Source: Pyrobaculum calidifontis JCM 11548
Lineage (GTDB): Archaea > Thermoproteota > Thermoprotei > Thermoproteales > Thermoproteaceae
NCBI RefSeq assembly: GCF_000015805.1
Contig: NC_009073.1
Span: 1,830,001-1,862,000, forward strand
Reading direction: 5' to 3'
Length of the DNA stretch: 32,000 nucleotides
Shown here piece after piece: positions 27,041 through 32,000 of this stretch (position 1 is its first letter; every line of letters begins with the position of its first letter). Position numbers and translations under genes: made by a program. The notes beneath the pieces were generated by a model. The model was given only the letters and a program-made list of their open reading frames with translations. It made no database searches and was not told where the DNA came from.

Positions 27041-28287
27041 TGGCTAAGTGGACTGCAGAGGAGCTGGTATCCTTCGTGGCCAAGGTCTTGTACGAAGTTG
27101 TTCAAAACGAGCTCACCCTGGACTACGCCTTTCAAAAAGTCAAGAGGCGTTGGAGGGCGCTGGAGAGCTTCAAGGTCTTCTACGACGCCTCCTTTGACGC
27201 AGTTAGGCACTATTACTTCTTGAGGTTCGCCGCGTCGAAGCTCTTTGGCTCAAGCGGTGCGAAGGCCGCGGCAAAGGCGTGGTTCTTGTACAGGGCAGAC
27301 TCTCTGCTCTACAACAAAGAGCTAGTGGCCAGGTACAGGAAGCGGCTGCTCAAGAGGGCCTTGGCCAAGCCGGAGGACGTGGAGAAGGCCCTCGAAGAGC
27401 TGAGGGGCGACCCAGCGCGCTACCTCTCGGTGAAGTACAGCTACCACCCGGCGATAGTGGAGACGCTCCTCAGATACCTCCCCCTGGGCGAGGTGGAGAG
27501 GCTGTTGGAGGCGGGCAACACCACGTGGATGTGGCTGAGGATAAACACCTTCAAAGTGGACGTGGACAAGGGACTTAAGCTACTGGAGCAGGAGGCAGAG
27601 GTGGAACCCCACCCCCACATACCCTTCATGGTGCTTGTGAAAAAGGCCAGCAAGCCCATCCAGTACCTCTCAGCGGTTAAGACCTTCGCCGCGATCCCCC
27701 AGGACCTCGCCTCAGTCTACACAGTCCTCGCCCTTGACCCAAGGCCAGGGGACTCGGTGCTCGACCTAGCGGCGGCGCCTGGGATGAAGATAAGCCTAGC
27801 CACCCAAATCGCCGAGGGGAAGCTTAAGGTAGTTGCGGCAGACGTGTCCCGAAAGAGGGTGGCCAGAATGAGGCACCTACTAAAGGCGCTAGGGGCCTAC
27901 CAGTACGTAGACGTGGTACACGCAGACTCTAGAAAGCTCGCCGCCAGGCGGTTCGACAAGGCGCTTCTAGACGCGCCGTGCACCTCCAGCGGCGCCTTCA
28001 CCAAAGACCCCGGCGTGAAGATATACCCAAGGGTAGAGAGGGCCCGCCAATACTCCCAGCTACAGCTCCAACTGCTCACGCGCGCACTACAGCTGGCAGA
28101 GGAGGTGGTATACGCCGTCTGCTCCATTCTGCCAGAGGAGGGGGAAGAGGTGGTGTCCAAGGCCGGCGCCAGAGCAGAGAAGCCGCTGGCCGAGCTAGCC
28201 CCATCCTACTGGGGGGACATAGGCGGCAGAACCTTCCCCCACATCCACAGAAGCGAGGCATTCTTCATCTCGCGGCTCAGGCCGTGA
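27040..28287 (+). CDS. NOL1/NOP2/Sun-family RNA (cytosine-C5)-methyltransferase
   Basis: SAM motif VLDLAAAPGMK. Catalytic motifs LLDAPCTSSGAF and VVYAVCSILPEE. The GTG start overlaps the rpl5 stop by 1 nt. Confidence 0.88.
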   Translation: MAKWTAEELVSFVAKVLYEVVQNELTLDYAFQKVKRRWRALESFKVFYDASFDAVRHYYFLRFAASKLFGSSGAKAAAKAWFLYRADSLLYNKELVARYRKRLLKRALAKPEDVEKALEELRGDPARYLSVKYSYHPAIVETLLRYLPLGEVERLLEAGNTTWMWLRINTFKVDVDKGLKLLEQEAEVEPHPHIPFMVLVKKASKPIQYLSAVKTFAAIPQDLASVYTVLALDPRPGDSVLDLAAAPGMKISLATQIAEGKLKVVAADVSRKRVARMRHLLKALGAYQYVDVVHADSRKLAARRFDKALLDAPCTSSGAFTKDPGVKIYPRVERARQYSQLQLQLLTRALQLAEEVVYAVCSILPEEGEEVVSKAGARAEKPLAELAPSYWGDIGGRTFPHIHRSEAFFISRLRP

Positions 28288-29437
28288 CCACGGAGGCCCC
28301 CAGGTACCTCAGATAGGCCTCCACCTCTTCGTACACGTCGTCGAAGACAAAGGCCAAGTGGTTCCCGAGCCCCGCCTTGTAGACCGCGGCGGGGGACCCC
28401 TTGGTCACTCTCACCGCTATCTGCGTCGCACACGCCTCTACCCTCTCCGCCTCGGCGGTGATGCCCCCAAGGAGGAGGGCCCGCCTCAAGTCGCGGGACA
28501 CTCTGAGCAGAGTCACCGGCCTCCCCGGCTCCACCTCTGCCCTAATCGCGGCGGGGGCCTTGGTGGCTAGGCGGGGGACAATGGAGTAGGCCTTGGCCAT
28601 GGACGGGGGCAAGCCGTCGTGCGTAAGGAGGAGGAGCTCGCCCCGCGCCGCGTTGACGTTGCTAATCCACGCCGGCTTCCCAGAAATCCGCCGCAGGACG
28701 ACCGCAGAGTAGAGCGCCCTGAGGTCGCCCTCACACGTGGCGGTGACCCCCCAGTCGTTCAACACGGCGAGGGAGATGCACGGAGTCCACCCCCGCTCCT
28801 CGACCCTGGGGAAGTTGAAGCACCAGCACCCCAGCGTAAGCCCGTCCACCCCCCGCGCCGCCTCACGCAGGGCCTTGGCGTAGGCCAGCACCCGCTCCAG
28901 CTCGCCGGGCCCGTACGCGCTCTCCCGCGCCGACTCCACCAAGCGCCGCGCCTCCTCGGCCGCCTGCATGGAGAGGGAGCGGCGGTACACCTCCCCCTCG
29001 TCTACGCGCACGTCGGGCTTCCCCGCCAAGTCCGACGCCACGAGCCAGGGGTTAGGCTCCCCCACCAGCATGAGCCGCGGCGGCTTGTCCAACAGGCGCG
29101 CCACTTCCACAAGCCTACGCACCCGCTCTGCCGGGGGCTCCGCGCCCGGCCCCTCGAGCGCCACAACCTCCGCAAAGGCGCCCCGCTCTCTGAGAGCCGC
29201 CGCGGCCTCTAGGGCAGAGGGGAGGGAGTTGTAGTGAGGCCACGCCAAAAGCACGTTGAACCGCCCCGCCTGGCTCAAGATCTCAGGCTCGGCGCCCCCA
29301 GTCAAAACCACGATAAAGACCACCTCCTCCACCCTGGGGAGAAGGCCCTCGTAAAGCCTCAGATACTCCTCCCGAATCTCGGCACCCACATTCGGCGCCG
29401 CGGCCACTCTAACAACCACAGACAAGAAGCGAAGCAA
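28277..29437 (-). CDS. L-fucose/arabinose-isomerase-like protein
   Basis: GCWCFNF....TPCISLAVLNDWGVTATCEGDLRALYSAVVL resembles the conserved core of the fucose isomerase family. The likely start is GTG 29419, about 28 nt downstream of a TTTAAG box. Confidence 0.5.
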   Translation of the reverse strand: MLRFLSVVVRVAAAPNVGAEIREEYLRLYEGLLPRVEEVVFIVVLTGGAEPEILSQAGRFNVLLAWPHYNSLPSALEAAAALRERGAFAEVVALEGPGAEPPAERVRRLVEVARLLDKPPRLMLVGEPNPWLVASDLAGKPDVRVDEGEVYRRSLSMQAAEEARRLVESARESAYGPGELERVLAYAKALREAARGVDGLTLGCWCFNFPRVEERGWTPCISLAVLNDWGVTATCEGDLRALYSAVVLRRISGKPAWISNVNAARGELLLLTHDGLPPSMAKAYSIVPRLATKAPAAIRAEVEPGRPVTLLRVSRDLRRALLLGGITAEAERVEACATQIAVRVTKGSPAAVYKAGLGNHLAFVFDDVYEEVEAYLRYLGASVVTA

Positions 29438-29529
29438 CTACTTAAACCTTCCCCCCGCGAGAAAACTATCAACGAAAACTATTTCGACAACTTCTAAAGT
29501 AAAAAAAATACTGGCAAAAAGATGCTACC

Positions 29530-30996
29530 ATGCGCGGAAGGATCAAATGGGTGGCGGTGCTTGTAGTATTGTTAGTGATGGTCGCCTTCTTAGGCCTCAG
29601 AGACTACTACAGCACGGCGCCAGGGGTCACAGAAACATCAACCGCAGATGCACAAGCTCAACAAGCCGCGCAGAGTCAGACGACAGGCAGAATATACGTC
29701 GAGCAAGCCGGTGAGAGTTTGGCGACCGCTACCGCGCCTGGTGGAAGAAAAGGTAATGCCACCCTGACGCTCTACATAGAGGACGACGCCGGACCCCTCG
29801 ATGGCCTCGTCTTCATCCTCCCCGCGGCGCCTGAAGACGACTCTCTGCCAGACAAGCTGGAACCGGTGGCGGTGGCGAAAGGGCGTGCAGAGGCGCCCAG
29901 CCACGTGGAGAGGCTCCTTGAGAAGTGGAACGCAGACAAATACCCCAAGGTGGGCATAACGGTGGTGGTAGTAAACGGCACAGACATAGCCACGGCACCT
30001 GCGGAGGTGGACTTAAAAGCCTACAAAAAGGCCAAGGAAAGAGGAGAGAAATACGAAGTAAAGGCCAAAGTAAGGGGCAAAGTGAAGCGAGATAGAGGAG
30101 ACAGGGGAATGCACTTTGCCGCATGCCCAGAGGCCGTCATGGTGAAAGAGGACGAATACCAAACCGACTTTATGCCAACGCCACTATTCCGAGTCAGAAA
30201 CCTAGCTGGAGTCTATGGAATGTTTCAGATAGGACTGGCAGTAAACTATGAGAAGAGGTTTTCCTACGGACTCGCAATTCAAGAGGATATAAAAGACTTA
30301 TTCAATGTCGGCGTTAAGATAGAGGGCTTATCATACGCGCTTGGCGCGATGTATTGGGGCAATAAGTTTACTGGCATTCCGGTCTCAGGCGGTAAAATGA
30401 TCTACATTTTGACAAAGGGGAAGTATGAGGTGTATAGGATTGACTACTACGCGGGAGATGTCCGCGGATGCCTCATTATAGACCAGGACTGGCTCTACAG
30501 AGTCTACCCCACGGCAGTACAAACCTCTGGTAATGAGATAATAATGGGCGACGCCTACATGACAGATGCAGATATTCAGATACCAGGGACGACGACAATC
30601 TTTTACAAGAGATACACTGGCACTGGTTCGCCTAATGATAGCCCCATCTATGAAATACAGGTACCCCATCTGGCTGGATGGTTCTATCAGGAGTGCCCTG
30701 GTATGTTAGACCGTGTTGAGGTCGGCGCGGGTGTTGACTTGGGTAAGCTGATATTGCGGAAGGCGGCTCAAGCTGGGAAAGTGGTTGCCGAGAGGTTTGC
30801 CAAAGTCATTGAACTCGTCGGCGTTGATGTTGCCTGGACTTCTGGAACTAACTTTTTTGTAGTGTTGGGCGGGTTGCGGTTTGACGCCCCCTCTGGCAAG
30901 CAGTTTGACTTGTACTTCTATACTACGCAGTACAAGGTGGAGATTCCTTGGTGCGGCCAAGTAGATCTGCCGTTTCTCTACGCGGAGTTTAGGTAG
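29530..30996 (+). CDS. Secreted or membrane-anchored protein of unknown function
   Basis: N-terminal anchor WVAVLVVLLVMVAFLGL. The box AAGTAAAAAAAATAC lies about 24 nt upstream of the ATG. T7 and T6 tracts lie just after the stop. Confidence 0.6.
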   Translation: MRGRIKWVAVLVVLLVMVAFLGLRDYYSTAPGVTETSTADAQAQQAAQSQTTGRIYVEQAGESLATATAPGGRKGNATLTLYIEDDAGPLDGLVFILPAAPEDDSLPDKLEPVAVAKGRAEAPSHVERLLEKWNADKYPKVGITVVVVNGTDIATAPAEVDLKAYKKAKERGEKYEVKAKVRGKVKRDRGDRGMHFAACPEAVMVKEDEYQTDFMPTPLFRVRNLAGVYGMFQIGLAVNYEKRFSYGLAIQEDIKDLFNVGVKIEGLSYALGAMYWGNKFTGIPVSGGKMIYILTKGKYEVYRIDYYAGDVRGCLIIDQDWLYRVYPTAVQTSGNEIIMGDAYMTDADIQIPGTTTIFYKRYTGTGSPNDSPIYEIQVPHLAGWFYQECPGMLDRVEVGAGVDLGKLILRKAAQAGKVVAERFAKVIELVGVDVAWTSGTNFFVVLGGLRFDAPSGKQFDLYFYTTQYKVEIPWCGQVDLPFLYAEFR

Positions 30997-31003
30997 TCTA
31001 ACG

Positions 31004-31033
31004 TACCCTTTTTTTAGCTACCCTTTTTTCAGC
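31004..31033. terminator. Tandem oligo-T tracts at a convergent gene junction
   Basis: TACCCTTTTTTTAGC and TACCCTTTTTTCAGC are two adjacent 15-nt units (14/15 identical), beginning 8 nt after the stop of the 488-aa gene. Oligo-T is the usual archaeal termination signal. The second unit overlaps the last codons of the convergent UPF0210 gene. Confidence 0.5.
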
Positions 31034-32000
31034 CTCTCTATGCCTGGGGGCGCGACGCCTCTGCGTTGGACTAGTGCTACTTCGCCGCTGTGGGGTAGGC
31101 CTATGACGGCCACCTGCCCGTAGAGGCCTCCTAGGTCGTATACGTCGCCTGGCTTTGCCCCTGGCACTGGGATTAGCCTCACACCTAGGGTCTTGTCGAG
31201 GTGGACTGCTAGGGCCATGACGTCTGCTATCAGTGCGGCTACGGTGTCTCGCGGGGTTTCGGCGGGTATTCCCACCATGTCCACGCCGGTGTTGCACACC
31301 GCCGCCATGGCCTTGAGGAGGTCGAAGGTTATGTGCCCCTCGGCCGCGGCCTTTGACATGACGGCGTCTTCGCTCACTGGGATAAAGGCGCCGGATAGGC
31401 CTCCCACGGTGGAGGTGGCCATGGCGCCCCCCTTCTTGACCGCGTCTACGAAGAGTGCTAGGGCGAAAACCGTGCCGGGGGACCCGACCCGGGGGAGGCC
31501 CATGGCCTCGAGGATGGCGGCCACGGAGTCTCCCACCTTGGGGGAGGGTGCGACGCTTAGGTCCACGGCCCCGAACTCTACCCCCAGCTCCTTGGCCACC
31601 TCTCTGCCCACCAGCTCCCCGAGGCGCGTTATCTTGAAGGCGGCCCTCTTGATGGCGTCGTGGAGCGTGCGCACGTCTGCGTTTGGCATATTCCGCACCA
31701 CCGCCTCGATGACCCCCGGCCCGCTCACCGCTATGTTCACCACCGCGTCTGGGAGGCCGAGGCCGTGGTAGGCAAGCGGCATGAAGGGGACGTCCTCGGG
31801 GGCGTTGGCGGCGACGGCGAATCTCGCGGCGGCGTGGGGCTTTAGGCTGAGCACCACGTCGGCCGAGGCCCTCACAGCGTCTAAGTTCACCCCAGTGTAG
31901 GTGGAGGCCACGTTGAGAAACCCCGCCAGCCTAGTGGTGGAGTTGAGGACATCCGGAAGCGCCTCGATGAGGGCCCTGTCGCCCCTGGAGGCGCCGGCGT
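31018..32000 (-). CDS. UPF0210/DUF711-family protein (N-terminus lies outside the window)
   Basis: The frame stays open upstream of the GTG at 31911 to the window edge. VGGLSGAFIPVSED and CNTGVDMVGIP are typical of UPF0210 proteins, which are about 450 aa. Confidence 0.7.
   Translation of the reverse strand, partial: AGASRGDRALIEALPDVLNSTTRLAGFLNVASTYTGVNLDAVRASADVVLSLKPHAAARFAVAANAPEDVPFMPLAYHGLGLPDAVVNIAVSGPGVIEAVVRNMPNADVRTLHDAIKRAAFKITRLGELVGREVAKELGVEFGAVDLSVAPSPKVGDSVAAILEAMGLPRVGSPGTVFALALFVDAVKKGGAMATSTVGGLSGAFIPVSEDAVMSKAAAEGHITFDLLKAMAAVCNTGVDMVGIPAETPRDTVAALIADVMALAVHLDKTLGVRLIPVPGAKPGDVYDLGGLYGQVAVIGLPHSGEVALVQRRGVAPPGIERLKKG

Overview
The window is GC-rich and looks crenarchaeal, most like Thermoproteales/Pyrobaculum. 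This is inferred from four things. It carries archaeal marker genes (Rpo7/RpoE', Spt4, NAC, ribosomal L10e and L5, a PAC2-like protein). A/T boxes sit about 22-26 nt upstream of start codons, which implies leaderless mRNAs. GTG and TTG starts are frequent. Operon junctions often overlap by 1-4 nt. Most of the window is tightly packed housekeeping: pyrG, alaS, surE, a sugar-phosphate nucleotidyltransferase, a BtpA-like TIM barrel, a type I phosphoribosyltransferase, a HIT protein, a NOL1/NOP2/Sun RNA methyltransferase, a fucose-isomerase-like protein and UPF0210. I found no rRNA, tRNA or CRISPR array. Four loci stand out. (1) The strongest candidate for an undescribed system is a minus-strand operon at 7262-10281. 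It encodes a compact XPD-like four-cysteine helicase, a minimal HerA/FtsK-type ATPase and three small unknown proteins, in DNA that looks more A/T-rich than its flanks. (2) A self-contained two-gene unit at 16588-17969 couples an ABC/SMC-type ATPase to an Fcf1-like PIN nuclease, directly upstream of rpo7-spt4. (3) An intact small serine recombinase is translationally coupled to an unknown protein with an Arg/Gly-rich tail (630-2044), next to a 70-aa ORF bracketed by 12-nt direct repeats. (4) A candidate C/D box sRNA with canonical spacing lies at 15103-15155 on the minus strand. One of its guides matches the conserved archaeal 16S CUUAAAGGA region. Function calls come from motifs read by eye in the supplied translations. 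No database search or composition calculation was run.
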